Shown: in pieces, positions 40,017-51,552 of the stretch | How the letters are laid out: each line of letters opens with the position of its first letter | Numbering within the stretch: position 1 is the first letter of the stretch | From: an uncultured delta proteobacterium | GTDB taxonomy: Bacteria; Myxococcota_A; Polyangia; Polyangiales; Polyangiaceae | Length of the DNA: 64,000 nucleotides | Assembly: GCA_963716725.1 (NCBI GenBank) | Contig: CAVQUB010000002.1 | Coordinates: forward strand, 32,001 to 96,000 | Direction: 5' to 3' | The notes under the pieces: model-generated | What the model saw: the letters and a program-made list of their open reading frames with translations, nothing else | What the model was told of the DNA's origin: nothing | Database searches by the model: none | Translations under genes and position numbers: made by a program

Positions 40017-41270
40017 TCAGCGCGACTCTGCCAGGTTCTTGAGGCCGCGCCGCTTGGCGTTCACCAAGATCGCCATGTTGCCGTTGGGGTGCCGGTTCTC
40101 GCGCATCAGCTGGTGACAGGCGCCCGTCTCATTGAACTCGAAGGTGCGTGAGAGGCAGGGGTCGACCTTCTCGGCGATGACCAGATCGTTGACGCCCTTG
40201 GCCTGGTCGTCGTTGGCGAAATGGGATCCCTGGAAGCGCTTCTGGCGCATCCAGTGGTAGCGGAGGTCGAGGGTGGCGTTGTAGCCGGTGGTGCCCGCGC
40301 AGATCACCACCATGCCGCCGGTCTCGCACATGAAGCCGCTGGTCGGAACGGTGGCCTCGCCAGGATGCTCGAACACGATGCTCGGGTTCTGCTTGTCGCC
40401 GAGCGCGTCCCAGAAGGCGCGGCCGAAGGCCCGAGCTTGCGCGAGCCACTCGGCGTAACCCGCGTCGTCGGTCCAGTGCGGGAGCATGCCCCAGTGGTGG
40501 AAGCTCTTGCGGTTGATGCAGCCAGCAGCACCCAGCTGTTTGCAGTAGTCGAACTTGCTCTCGTTGTTCGCCACCGCGACGGCCCGACCGCCCGCGGCCT
40601 TCACCAGCTGAATTGCCATGGAGCCGAGCCCGCCGGCCCCGCCCCAGACCAAGACCGGATCGCCTTCTTGCACGACGTTGGGCGCCCAGCCGAAGAGCAT
40701 GCGATACGCCGTCGCGCCCACCAGCATGTAGGCCGCGGCCTGCTCCCAACTCAGATGTGCCGGTTTGGGCAGGCACTGGTGATCTTGCACCTTGGTGAAC
40801 TGGGCGAAGCTGCCCCAGTTGGTCTCGTAGCCCCAGATCTTCTGCGAGGACGCCAGCATCGGATCCTTCCCCGCGACCACATGCGGGTCGTTCGGATCCC
40901 AGTGTCCGCAGTGCGTGACGACTTCGTCACCAACTTTCACGTTGGTGACCTCGGCGCCGACCTTCCACACGATGCCGCTGGCGTCGGAGCCGCCAATGTG
41001 AAAGTTCTCCTTTTCTCCGCCCTTCTGGCGGATCTTGATCACGTCGATGGGCACGCCCAGCGCTGCCCAAACGTTGTTGTAGTTCACCCCCGCCGCCATC
41101 ACGTACACGAGTACGTCGCGCGGCCCGAGCTCCGGCACCGACACTTGCTCGACGCGAAAGGCGTCCTTGGGTTCGCCGAAGCGCTCGGGTCGGATCAGCT
41201 GCGCGTGCATCTGCTCGGGAACGACGCCGACATCGGGGATCTCGGTGAGCTCACAAATCTGCTTGGCCAT
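40017..41270 (-). CDS. ccr: Crotonyl-CoA carboxylase/reductase
   Basis: [64 protein letters not shown]; start MAKQICE at 41270. Confidence 0.93.
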   Translation of the reverse strand: MAKQICELTEIPDVGVVPEQMHAQLIRPERFGEPKDAFRVEQVSVPELGPRDVLVYVMAAGVNYNNVWAALGVPIDVIKIRQKGGEKENFHIGGSDASGIVWKVGAEVTNVKVGDEVVTHCGHWDPNDPHVVAGKDPMLASSQKIWGYETNWGSFAQFTKVQDHQCLPKPAHLSWEQAAAYMLVGATAYRMLFGWAPNVVQEGDPVLVWGGAGGLGSMAIQLVKAAGGRAVAVANNESKFDYCKQLGAAGCINRKSFHHWGMLPHWTDDAGYAEWLAQARAFGRAFWDALGDKQNPSIVFEHPGEATVPTSGFMCETGGMVVICAGTTGYNATLDLRYHWMRQKRFQGSHFANDDQAKGVNDLVIAEKVDPCLSRTFEFNETGACHQLMRENRHPNGNMAILVNAKRRGLKNLAESR

Positions 41271-41381
41271 GGCGCGCTCGGAGTCTATGACACGACGCGG
41301 CAACCACCTAACCTTCTTGGCGAATGCGCAGGAATTTCGTGGCTTGCCGCCCGCGGTGTCGCGTTGCAAAAGGGACGAGCC

Positions 41382-43058
41382 ATGACCGAGGAAGACGTCG
41401 ACAAGTCCCCCGCGCCCAACACCGTCCGCGGTGACGATCTCGAGCCCGCGGTCCAAGCGCTCAGCGAGCTTTGCCGCCGCGCCAAGCAGCGGGTGGTGGG
41501 TCACGTCACCGAGGCCGGCAGGATCTCCTCCCGGCTGCTCGACCGCCATCAGCTCGCGGCGCATGCCCTCGCGTACCTCGCGACCGAGGTCGAGGCAGCG
41601 CGACAGCTCGTCGCGTGGTCGGACCGCGTCGACGGTGCGCTCGAGCGGGCCATCGCCGGCGCCTACGTCGGCGAGCTGTGTCGAACGCTCGCGGGCGGGA
41701 TCGACCTCGGCCCCTGCGAGTCGGTTTCTTTGGGTCAACTCTGGCTCGAGGGCGACGACATTCGGGAAACGCTGGGGCGCACCGACGTGAAGGCCATCGC
41801 CGAGCGCTACGGCTCGGGGGACGGCGTGTGCGAGCTGGCGCGCCAGGCCCACGAGCGAGGAAACTTCGGAGACCCCGGCCTCGACGACGAGACGCTGTCC
41901 GCCATTCAGAGTGAGTTCCGCCGCTTCGTCGAGAGCGAAGTGATACCCATCGCCCAGGACGTGCACCGGCGCGACCAGCTCATTCCGATCTCCCTGATCT
42001 CCAAGATGGCGGAGCTCGGCGTGTTCGGCTTGACCATTCCGGAAGAGTTCGGGGGCCTAGGGCTGGGTAAAGTCGCCATGTGTCTGGTCACCGAGGAGCT
42101 GAGCCGGGGCTACATCGGTGTAGGTTCCCTGGGCACGCGATCCGAGATCGCCGCGGAGCTGATCTTGGGCGGGGGAACCGAGGAGCAAAAGCGCGACTGG
42201 TTGCCGCGGCTGGCCGCCGGGGAGGTGCTCTCGACCGCCGTGTTCACCGAGCCCAACTACGGCTCGGATCTGGCTCACATCAAGGCCCGGGCCGAGAAAC
42301 AGCCCGACGGCAGCTACAAGATCTTCGGTCAGAAGACCTGGATCACCCACGCCACGCGCGCCGACCTGATGACGCTCCTGGCGCGCACCGACCCCGACGA
42401 CACGGGCTACGGCGGCCTCAGCATGTTCCTCGCACCCAAGACCCGCGGGAGCGAAGACAACGTCGAGACCGAGGGCTTCCCCGACCCGGGTCTGACCGGC
42501 ACCGAGATCAAAGTGCTGGGGTATCGCGGCATGAAGGAGTTCGAGATCGCCTTCGACGGCTTCGACATTCCTGCGGGCTGCGTCCTGGGAGACATCGAGG
42601 GCCAGGGTTTCAAGCAGCTGATGGTGACCTTCGAGAGCGCGCGCATCCAGACCGCCGCGCGCGGCGTCGGGGTAGCGCAGGCGGCCCTCGACGAGGCCAT
42701 GCGCTACGCGCACGACCGCGTGCAGTTCGGCGTGCCGATCTTCAACTTTCCACGCGTGCAGCGCAAGCTGGGCCGGATGATCGCCCGCATCATGGCGTCA
42801 CGCCAGCTGACCTTCTTCGCAGCTCGCGCCAAAGACGGCGGCAATCGCTGCGACCTCGAGGCAGGCATGGCCAAGCTCTTGGCGACGCGCGCGGCGTGGG
42901 AGTCCGCGGACGCTTGCGTGCAGATCCACGGCGGCAACGGCTACGCTGAAGAGTACGTCGCGTCGCGCTTGTTGGTGGACGCCCGCGTGCTCAGCATCTT
43001 CGAGGGTGCAAACGAAATCCAAGCGCATGTGATTGCGCGGCGCCTGCTGGAGGTTTGA
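41382..43058 (+). CDS. mcd: (2S)-methylsuccinyl-CoA dehydrogenase (acyl-CoA dehydrogenase with N-terminal extension)
   Basis: [14 protein letters not shown]-extension, [59 protein letters not shown]; located with ccr and ecm. Confidence 0.85.
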   Translation: MTEEDVDKSPAPNTVRGDDLEPAVQALSELCRRAKQRVVGHVTEAGRISSRLLDRHQLAAHALAYLATEVEAARQLVAWSDRVDGALERAIAGAYVGELCRTLAGGIDLGPCESVSLGQLWLEGDDIRETLGRTDVKAIAERYGSGDGVCELARQAHERGNFGDPGLDDETLSAIQSEFRRFVESEVIPIAQDVHRRDQLIPISLISKMAELGVFGLTIPEEFGGLGLGKVAMCLVTEELSRGYIGVGSLGTRSEIAAELILGGGTEEQKRDWLPRLAAGEVLSTAVFTEPNYGSDLAHIKARAEKQPDGSYKIFGQKTWITHATRADLMTLLARTDPDDTGYGGLSMFLAPKTRGSEDNVETEGFPDPGLTGTEIKVLGYRGMKEFEIAFDGFDIPAGCVLGDIEGQGFKQLMVTFESARIQTAARGVGVAQAALDEAMRYAHDRVQFGVPIFNFPRVQRKLGRMIARIMASRQLTFFAARAKDGGNRCDLEAGMAKLLATRAAWESADACVQIHGGNGYAEEYVASRLLVDARVLSIFEGANEIQAHVIARRLLEV

Positions 43059-43061
43059 ACG

Positions 43062-44147
43062 ATGACCACGATTCGAAAGCCCGAGTACGGACGACGCCTG
43101 GACGACTTCGAGCTGGGAGCGGTGTACGCGCACCCCTGGGACGTCACGGTCGATGACGGCATGATCGCGCTCTTCGCGGCGTCGTTTCAGGACGCGACAC
43201 CCACCTACGCGAGCCGCGCAGCGGCTGAAGCCCTGGGTTTCTCCGGACGCCCGGTGCACCCGCTCTTGCTGCTGAACCTCGGGCTCAGCTTCAGCGTGCA
43301 CGACGTCAGCGAGCAGGCGATCGCTCATCTCGCGTACATCGACCTGCGCTTTCCGGAGGCCTGCTATCCGGGCGACACGCTCACCGCCTCCAGTAAAGTG
43401 CTCGGCAAGAAGCCCAGCTCGAAGGGCGATCGTGGCGTGGTCGAAGTGCGAACGCTGGTGGAAAATCAGCGGGGCGAAGTCGTGTGCCGCTTCGACCGCA
43501 AGGCGTTGGTCCGCGCCGGCAGCGTTCGGGAGCGACCCGCGAGCCCCTGGCCCGGGGCCACGCAGCGCGATCCCGGCGAGCACTTCCTGCCGCCGCCGCT
43601 CCGGAACGGAGTCGCGCCCCCGCGTCGGCAGGCGGGCTTCTCGGGGCTCTTCGAGGACTACGCCGTGGGCGACGTCTTCTTCCACAGCGTGGGCAAGACC
43701 GTGGGCGACTCCGAGCACATGCAGATCACGCAACTGTGTCGCAACTCCCACCCGATCCACTTCGACGAGATCTACTGCAAAGAGAACTCCTTCGCGAAGA
43801 CGCGGGTCGTGTACGGCGGGCTGGTGATGTCCTGGGTCCTGGCCCTCACCAGCCGTGACCTCTGCGGCAACGCCGTCTGGGACATGGGCCTCGACGCCGG
43901 CGCTCACCCCAACGGCACCCTGGCCGGCGACACGCTGTTTGCCGCCTCGCGCGTCGTCGCAAAGGAAGAGCTGGGCCAAAGCGCGGGCATCGTCACGCTG
44001 CGCGTGGTCGGCACCAAGAATCGACCGCCGGAGGCGCTCTACGACAGCGGCAAGCTCTTCGACCCGGAACTCGACAAGGCCGAGGGAAAGATCCCGGAGA
44101 AAGTCGTCGAGATCACCCGTCGGGTGTTGGTGCGCCGCAGGCCCTGA
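43062..44147 (+). CDS. mch: Mesaconyl-CoA hydratase (double MaoC/hotdog)
   Basis: YGRRLDDFELG...DVSEQAIAHLAY...YPGDTL, and a second repeat LFEDYAVGD...NSHPIHFD...VYGGLV...AGDTL. Confidence 0.8.
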   Translation: MTTIRKPEYGRRLDDFELGAVYAHPWDVTVDDGMIALFAASFQDATPTYASRAAAEALGFSGRPVHPLLLLNLGLSFSVHDVSEQAIAHLAYIDLRFPEACYPGDTLTASSKVLGKKPSSKGDRGVVEVRTLVENQRGEVVCRFDRKALVRAGSVRERPASPWPGATQRDPGEHFLPPPLRNGVAPPRRQAGFSGLFEDYAVGDVFFHSVGKTVGDSEHMQITQLCRNSHPIHFDEIYCKENSFAKTRVVYGGLVMSWVLALTSRDLCGNAVWDMGLDAGAHPNGTLAGDTLFAASRVVAKEELGQSAGIVTLRVVGTKNRPPEALYDSGKLFDPELDKAEGKIPEKVVEITRRVLVRRRP

Positions 44148-44202
44148 CGCGGCCGGCCCGAGCCGAGTGCCCGCTCGCCGACAAATGCGATAAGAATACG
44201 CG

Positions 44203-45045
44203 ATGGTCGACTGGATGGTGCGCCCACCTGGCGACAGGCCGATGGGGCCAGTTCCGACGGATTGGGTGGTGCGCGCGCTGCAAAGCGGACAGCTCGCGCC
44301 CACCGCTCAGGGATGTCGGGAGGGCACCCAAGAGTGGAGGCTGTTGGCGGAGTTCAGCGAGTTTGCGCCCTACGCCTTCGACGGCGAGGCGACCCACGTC
44401 ACGAACCCACCTTGGGCCGAGGCCGGTGCGCATTCCGCGCGCGCCCCCCAGGCGCCGGGGCCGGGGCTGCCACCTGCACAGGCACCGGCGCCGTTGGCGA
44501 TCGGTCAGCGCGCCTACGGCGAGGTGGACGACGAGGCCGAGACCCGCATCGCGCCGCCCCCCAGCGAGGCCGCGGACTTTCCCGTCGACGACGAGACCAT
44601 GACGCGAGTCGCGACCGGCCCCGTGCCGCGGTCGATCCGGGAGCGACGCGGAGGCGTGCTGCCCACCCTACCGATGCCGGCCTCCTCCAACCTGCCGCCG
44701 GGCCTGGAGCTGCCGACGCCACGACCCGCAGCGGGCGCGGCGCTGCCGCCACCCCTCGATCGAGCGGACGCGCCGCCGCCGACGCTTCCGTTCATCAACG
44801 CCGGGAGCTTTCCGACTCCTGACGGCCACAGTGCTGCCGTGCAATCACCGATAGCCGGGCCCCCCGCCCATGCCCCTCAGCAGTGGCCAGGCAGCCTGCC
44901 GCCCCAGCAGATGCAGTACCCGCCGCAGCAGTACTACGCGCCCGACCCGGCCGGCGATCACGGGCTGAAGAAGCTGGTCGGACTGATCGTCTTCCTGGCC
45001 GTCGCCCTGGCGATCGTGCTCATTTTGCTCCTGATCCGTCGCTGA
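44203..45045 (+). CDS. GYF_2-like domain, Pro-rich linker and C-terminal TM protein
   Basis: WMVR...MGPV...G.L......REG..EWRLL at the N-terminus; C-terminal TM LVGLIVFLAVALAIVLILLLIRR. Confidence 0.65.
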   Translation: MVDWMVRPPGDRPMGPVPTDWVVRALQSGQLAPTAQGCREGTQEWRLLAEFSEFAPYAFDGEATHVTNPPWAEAGAHSARAPQAPGPGLPPAQAPAPLAIGQRAYGEVDDEAETRIAPPPSEAADFPVDDETMTRVATGPVPRSIRERRGGVLPTLPMPASSNLPPGLELPTPRPAAGAALPPPLDRADAPPPTLPFINAGSFPTPDGHSAAVQSPIAGPPAHAPQQWPGSLPPQQMQYPPQQYYAPDPAGDHGLKKLVGLIVFLAVALAIVLILLLIRR

Positions 45046-45054
45046 GGTGAGGGC

Positions 45055-48000
45055 ATGCGCTGGCAGATCGCCATCGATCGCGGCGGGACGTTCACCGACT
45101 CGGTAGCGATCGATCCGACCGGGGATCTGCGAGTGGGCAAGGTCCTGTCGAGCGATCGCGCGACCCTGGACGTGATCCGATCGGTGATGGGCCTCGACGC
45201 GGACGCGCCAATACCCGCCTGCGACCTGCGCATCGGCACCACCCTAGCCACCAACGCCTTGCTCGAACGCCGCGGCCGCCGCACGGCCCTCGCCATCACG
45301 CGCGGCTTCGGCGACCTGCTCGCCATCGGCACCCAAGCGCGGCCCGATCTGTTCGCGCTCGACATCCGGAAGCCCGAAGCCCTGCCCGAACGCGTGATCG
45401 AGATCGATGCTCGCCTCGACGCTCAGGGCAGGATCTCGTCGCGGCCAGACGTCGGCGCCCTCGCCACCGAGCTCGCAGAGCTGGTGGCCGAAGGCATGCA
45501 GTCCCTCGCGGTCGTGGTGATCCACTCGTATCTGGATCCGACCCTCGAGGCCGAGCTCGGGACCATCGCGCGCGCCGTCGGATTCGAGCACGTTTCGCTT
45601 TCGCACCGGGTTTCACCGGAGCTCGGACTGCTCGCCCGCACCGAGACGACGGTGCTCGACGCTTACCTGACGCCGCTGCTCCGCGATCACTTCGCAGCTT
45701 TGTCCGAGGAGCTGCCGGGCTCGACGCTCGAAGCCATGCAATCGAGCGGCGGCCTGATCGCCGCGCCGCTGCTCACCGGGCCCCACGCCATCCTCTCGGG
45801 GCCTGCGGGGGGCCTGGTCTCGGTGGGCGCCATCGCAGGGGCGGCAGCAGCGGAGAAAGCCATCGGCTTCGACATGGGTGGGACCTCGACCGACGTCTCT
45901 CGTTGGGCCGGAGAGCTGCCCGTCGTGTACGAGGCCGAACACGCCGGGCTCCGCGTCCGCGCGCCCATGATGGACATTCACACCATCGCTGCGGGCGGTG
46001 GCTCGCTCTGCCGCGTCGATGGCAACCGACTCGCTGTGGGACCGGAGAGCGCGGGCGCGGACCCGGGACCGCTGGTCTACGGCCACCCGGAAGCACGTGA
46101 GCTGACGCTGACCGACGTCAACGTGGCGCTGGGCCGATTGCCCGTCGATCGATTCCCCTTCCGGCTGCATCCCGCGCGGGCCGAGGCGCGCCTCGCCGAG
46201 CTGGCCGGACAGCTCGCGACCTCCGGCTCACCCCTCGATCCGCGGAGCGTCGCCGAAGGCTTCGTCGACGTGGCCAACAGCGCAATGGCCGAGGCGATCC
46301 GTCGGGTGTCCATCGCCCGAGGCCACGACGTCCGCGACCACGCCTTGGTCGTCTTCGGCGGCGCGGGCGGGCAGCACGCCTGCGGCATCGCCCGGCGGCT
46401 CGGCATCCGACGCTTGCTGTTTCACCCCCTGGCGGGGGTGCAGAGCGCCTTCGGCATCGGCTTGGCCGATTGAGTGAGCCACGTCGAACGCGATGCTGGG
46501 CGAGCGCGGCTCGAGGCGACGTCCCGCTCCGCGCTCGAGGTGGCCTTCGCGGAGCTGGAGCGCGAGGCGACCGCCGCGCTGATTCGATCCGGCGTTCCGC
46601 CTGGCGAGGTGACTCTGATTCGACGCCTCGATCTGCGCTACGTGGGCAGTGAAGCGCGGCTGACCCTCGCGTTCGACGAGGCGGAGGAGCTGATCGGTGG
46701 CTTTCACGCCGCCCACGAGCAGACCTACGGGCACGCCCGCCCCGGTCATGCCATCGAGGTCGTCAATCTGCGGGTGCAGGCCCGGGCGCCGGGGCTGGGC
46801 TTCGCGCTGCCCTCGATCGCGGCCGGGCAGGCCCGGGCGCCGGTGCCGATCAGGACCGAGCGGGTTCATTTCGGCGGGCGCTGGCTCGAAGCCGTGCCCT
46901 GCATCAACCGCGAGGCGCTTGCGCCCGGCGCAGGCGCCCGGGGGCCGCTCTTGGTGTTGGAATCGACGGGCACGATCTGGCTCGAACCGGGTTTCGATCT
47001 CCGTGTGCTCGTCGATGGGGTCTTCGAAGTCGTGGTCTCGGCTGGAGCCGACCCCCCCTCTGAGCTGCCACGAATCGACGCAGCCAAGGTCGATCCAGTG
47101 CTGCTCGAGGTCATGAGCAACTCGTACATGTCAATCGCCGAGCAGATGGGCGAGTCACTGCGACGAACCGCCTTCAGCACCAACATCCGCGAGCGACTCG
47201 ATTTTTCCTGCGCGGTCTTCGATTCCGACGCCGGGCTGGTCGCCAACGCGCCACACATTCCGGTGCACCTTGGGGCGATGAGCGAGTCGGTTCGCTCGGT
47301 GTGCGAGGCGCACCCCAACATGAAGCCCGGCGACGTGTTCGTGACGAACGACCCCTATGCGGGTGGCTCGCATCTGCCGGACATCACCGTCGTGAGCCCG
47401 GTGCACGATGAGCGCGGCCAGCTCGTGTTTTACACCGCGTGCCGCGGCCACCACGCGGACGTCGGGGGCATCACGCCCGGTTCCATGCCTGCGCTGTCCT
47501 CCTCCCTCGAGCAGGAGGGCGTCGTGCTGTCCGCGTTGCGCCTCGTGAGCGAAGGGCGCCTCGATCGGGAGCGCATCCTCCGCGTGCTCTCCGGCGGGCC
47601 CCACCCGGCCCGGGATCCTGAGGGAAATCTCCGGGATTTGGAGGCTCAGGTTGCAGCCAACGCCACCGGGGCGAGGTTGCTCGGAGATCTCGCGCGTCAC
47701 CACGGAGCTGACCTCGTGCGCGCCTACATGCAGCACGTGCAGGACGACGCGGCCAAGCGTGTGGAACGCGAGATCGAGCGTCTCGGCGACGGCGAACACG
47801 CTTTTGCGGACGCGCTCGACGACGGCACGCCGATCGTGGCGAGCCTGCGCGTCTCGGGCAGGACCATGCGCGTCGACTTCAGCGGGACCGGCGCCGAGGT
47901 GGGAGGCAACCTCAACGCCCCCCGAGCGGTCACCCTCGCCTGCGTCTTGTACTTCCTCCGCACCCTCGTCGGCGCGCCAATCCCGCTCAACAGCGGCTGC

Positions 48001-48603
48001 CTCCGCCCGGTCGAGATCTACATCCCGCCCGGCAGCGTGCTGAGCCCGACGCCGGGCCACGCCGTGTGTGGAGGCAACGTGGAGACGAGTCAGCGGGTCG
48101 TGGACGTCTTGCTTGCCGCCGCGGGACGCGCCGCCGCAAGTCAGGGCACGATGAACAACCTGAGTTTCGGCGGCCAGGGTTGGTCGTACTACGAGACGAT
48201 CGGGGGCGGAGCCGGCGCGGGGCCGGGTTTCTGCGGCGCGAACGCCGTGCACACTCATATGACCAATACGCGCATCACCGACCCGGAAGTCCTCGAGAGT
48301 CGCTACCCCGTGCGCCTCGAGCGCTTCGCGCTCCGCTCGGGATCTGGCGGTCGGGGTGCGCATCGTGGGGGCGATGGAGTGGTGCGAGAGCTCACCTTCC
48401 TCGAATCCGCCGAGATCGCCCTGCTCTCGGAGCGACGCCTTCGGGCTCCCTTCGGCTTGGCTGGCGGCGAGCCCGGCGCCTGCGGGCGAAACCTGCTCGA
48501 CGGACGCGACATCGGGGGCAGCGCCAGCGCGCGCGTCGAAGCGGGCGCCCGCCTCGTCATCGAGACCCCCGGCGGCGGCGGCTACGGGACGCCGAGGTCG
48601 TGA
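45055..48603 (+). CDS. 5-oxoprolinase (ATP-hydrolysing)/hydantoinase A+B fusion, interrupted by an in-frame TGA at 46471-46473
   Basis: [55 protein letters not shown]. The same frame continues after the stop with [57 protein letters not shown] and TPGGGGYG. Confidence 0.85.
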
Positions 48604-48634
48604 GCCCGTGCGGACGTGGTAGGAAGATCCAGCG

Positions 48635-49474
48635 ATGGACATTTCGCTTCGAGACGTCGAAAAGTCCTTCACCGGGCGGGACGGCCAGCACACGGCGCTG
48701 GCCGGAGTGAGCATCGAGATCCCCAGCGGCTCCTTCGTTTGTCTGCTCGGACCGTCGGGCTGCGGCAAGACCACGGTGCTCAATCTGATCGCCGGCTTCG
48801 AACGCGCTGACAGCGGCAAGGTGCTGGTGGACGGTCGCGAGATCGACGGCCCCGGTCCGGACCGCGTGGTGATGTTTCAGGATCCCGCGCTGTTTCCCTG
48901 GCTCAGCGTCGAGCAGAACGTCGGATTCCCACTCGAGCGCAGCGCCCTGGGCACCGTCGAGCGTGCGGAGCGGGTGCACGAGGCCCTGCGCGTCGTCCAC
49001 CTCTACAAGTTCAGGAACGCCCAGCCCCACGAGCTCTCCGGCGGCATGCGCGCCCGAGCCGCCATCGCTCGAGCGCTGGTGATGGAACCCCGCGCGATGC
49101 TGATGGACGAGCCCTTCGCAGCCCTCGACGCCCAGACCCGTGAGCTGCTTCAGACCGAGATCGAACGCGTCTGGCAACGCACCAAGGCGACGATGGTCTT
49201 CGTCACGCACGACAATCGCGAGGCGGTGCGCTTGGCCACTCGGGTCGTGGTCATGGGCACTCGCCCGGGCTCGGTGAAGCTCGAGCTCGACGTGGAAGAG
49301 GATCTGCCCCGTCCGCGGGACCCCCTCGACCGAAACGTGAACCTGCTGGTCACCCGCGTGCAGCGCGCGCTCCAAGCCGAGATCGAGAAGATCGCACGTG
49401 AAGAGAGCGACGACGGAAAGCCCAGCCCTTCGCGACCTGGGCGCGGCGGGCCAGATTTGGGTCGCGACATCTGA
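48635..49474 (+). CDS. ABC transporter ATP-binding protein, NitT/TauT family
   Basis: GPSGCGKTT, MFQDPALFPWL, LSGGM, LMDEPFAALD, FVTHD. Confidence 0.9.
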   Translation: MDISLRDVEKSFTGRDGQHTALAGVSIEIPSGSFVCLLGPSGCGKTTVLNLIAGFERADSGKVLVDGREIDGPGPDRVVMFQDPALFPWLSVEQNVGFPLERSALGTVERAERVHEALRVVHLYKFRNAQPHELSGGMRARAAIARALVMEPRAMLMDEPFAALDAQTRELLQTEIERVWQRTKATMVFVTHDNREAVRLATRVVVMGTRPGSVKLELDVEEDLPRPRDPLDRNVNLLVTRVQRALQAEIEKIAREESDDGKPSPSRPGRGGPDLGRDI

Positions 49475-49527
49475 GTCGGAGGAATCGGACCGTCGCTTTC
49501 GGCGCCGAGCTCGACTACGAGGGGCTC

Positions 49528-50722
49528 GTGTCGTCAGCTCCCCTCACCCTGCTGAACAACGCCGAGGTCTTCTCGCCAGACCCCCTTGGACGCCGCCAGG
49601 TCCTGGTCGGCGGCGGCAGCATCCTCGCCCTCGGGCCCGAGCTGGGCCAGATCGACCCGAGCTTGTGCCAGGTCATCGACCTCGGTGGCGCGCGCCTCGT
49701 GCCCGGGCTGCTCGATGCCCACGTGCACCTCACGGGCGGTGGCGGCGAAGCCGGACCGTCGTCGCGCGTGCCCGAGGTTCAGCTGACCGACCTCAGCCGC
49801 GCGGGAGTGACGACGGCGGTGGGCGTGCTCGGCACCGACGGCACGACCCGCAGCGTCGCCGCCTTGGTCGCCTCCACGCTGGGCCTGCGCGAGCAGGGCC
49901 TCTCGGCCTGGTGCTGGACCGGGAGCTACGAGCTGCCCCCGCTCACGCTGACGGGCAGCGTCCGCTCGGACATCGTCTTCGTCGATCCAATCATCGGCGT
50001 GGGTGAAGTCGCCATCAGCGATCACCGATCCTCGCAGCCGACCCTCGACGAGCTGGCCCGCCTCGCCGCGGACTGCCACGTCGCCGGGATGATGAGCGGC
50101 AAGGCGGGCATCCTGCATCTGCACCTGGGTGACGGGCCGCGCGGGCTCGAGCTCGTCCGGCGCCTGCTCGAGGACGACGGAGCTGCCTGCGCGGGTCTTC
50201 TACCCGACGCACGTGAACCGCAAGACGCGACTCTTCGCCGAGGCCCTGGAGCTGGCGGCGCGCGGCTCCACCATCGACGTGACGGCCTTTCCCGTCGCAG
50301 ACGGGGAAGATGCACTGTCGGCCGCTGACGCCATCGCGGAGTACCTGCGCGCGGGCGCTCCCCGGGAGCGCCTGACTTGCAGCTCCGACGGCGGCGGCTG
50401 CCTTCCGACCTTCGACTCGGAGGGCCGCATGCTCAGCATGGATGTCGGGACCCCCGCCGCGCTGGCTGAGACCCTCCAACTCCTGCTGGGCCGCGGCCAC
50501 GCGCTCGAGCAGGTGCTGCCGATCTTCACCCGGAACGTCGCTGACCTGCTGCGACTGCCGAGAAAGGGCCGGATTGCCGTGGGGGCCGACGCCGATCTCG
50601 TCGTGCTTGACGACGGCCATCGCATACGCGACGTGATGGCCGGCGGACGACTCCTCGTCCAATCCGGCGAGCCCGTGGCCCGCGGGAAGTTCGAACGATC
50701 GACTCCGAAAGCACCCAGATGA
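49528..50722 (+). CDS. iadA: Isoaspartyl dipeptidase (beta-aspartyl peptidase); apparent +1 frameshift near 50172
   Basis: PGLLDAHVHLTGGGGEAG, GVLGTDG, GEVAISDHRSSQP, HLHLGDG; then in the next frame PTHVNR, SSDGGGCLP, KGRIAVGADADLV. Removing one base gives 397 aa. Confidence 0.88.
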
Positions 50723-51546
50723 GCCCAGCGAAGGTCGAGGCAGATGGTAAGCGAGGCTTCATCGTTCCCATCGGTGGCGCCGAGGACAAAGAGGGCGCCG
50801 CGAACATCCTGCGCAAGTTCATCGACGTATCCGGCGGCGGCGGTTCGCGGATCGTGATCATCCCCACCGCCTCCAAGCTGGCAGACACCGGGCGCCGCTA
50901 CGAGAAGCTCTTCCGCAAGCTGGGAGCCGACGAGGCCAAGGCGCTGCCGCTGGCGTCCCGCGACGACGCGGCGAAGCGTGAGTGGCTCGACTACATCGAA
51001 GCCGCCAACGGGATCTTCGTGACGGGAGGCAACCAGCTCCGACTCAGCACCATCTTGGGAGGAACGCCCGTTGCCAAGGCCATCCGGCGCGCAAACGCTC
51101 GGGGTGTGGCGGTCGGCGGAACCAGCGCCGGCGCCGCCATTCTCAGCGAACACATGATCGCCTACGGCGCCGAGGGGCATACGCCGCACGCGGGCGCCGT
51201 GGCCCTCGTCCCCGGCTTCGGCCTCACGAACCGCATCATCCTCGACCAACACTTTCGACAGCGTGACCGGCTCGGCCGCCTGCTGACCGCGCTGGCCTAC
51301 AACCCCTTCGCCGTGGGCGTCGGGCTCGACGAGGACACCGCCGCTTTCATCGATCACGAGCGCAAGCTCAAGGTGGTCGGAACCGGCGCCCTCACCATCG
51401 TCGACGCCTCCGAGCTCTCGCACTCCTCCATCGCCGAGGCCAAGCAGGGCAATCCCGTGTGCATGACCAACGTCCGCCTGCACGTGCTGATCGACGGCGG
51501 CACCTTCGACCTCGAGACGAGGCTTGCCACCGCGGCGGGTGGCTGA
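50719..51546 (+). CDS. cphB: Cyanophycinase
   Basis: IGGAEDK, IPTAS, FVTGGNQLRL, catalytic GTSAGA, DQHFRQRDRLGRL, GLDEDT; ATGA overlap with iadA. Confidence 0.95.
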   Translation: MSPAKVEADGKRGFIVPIGGAEDKEGAANILRKFIDVSGGGGSRIVIIPTASKLADTGRRYEKLFRKLGADEAKALPLASRDDAAKREWLDYIEAANGIFVTGGNQLRLSTILGGTPVAKAIRRANARGVAVGGTSAGAAILSEHMIAYGAEGHTPHAGAVALVPGFGLTNRIILDQHFRQRDRLGRLLTALAYNPFAVGVGLDEDTAAFIDHERKLKVVGTGALTIVDASELSHSSIAEAKQGNPVCMTNVRLHVLIDGGTFDLETRLATAAGG

Positions 51547-51552
51547 AGACCC

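Noticed and set aside
40221..41966. Apparent overlapping N-terminal extensions of Mcd (945 aa) and Ccr (649 aa)
   Set aside because: Each is the antisense shadow of the other gene. The real starts are 41382 (plus) and 41270 (minus).
46471..46520. Selenocysteine recoding of the oxoprolinase TGA
   Set aside because: Not a position I recognise as a conserved Cys, and only a weak downstream stem that is unremarkable in GC-rich DNA.
18141..48819. Many long antisense ORFs (e.g. 18141-19901, 20531-22345, 37700-39565, 47155-48819)
   Set aside because: Expected shadow ORFs of high-GC3 genes, with no recognisable motifs.
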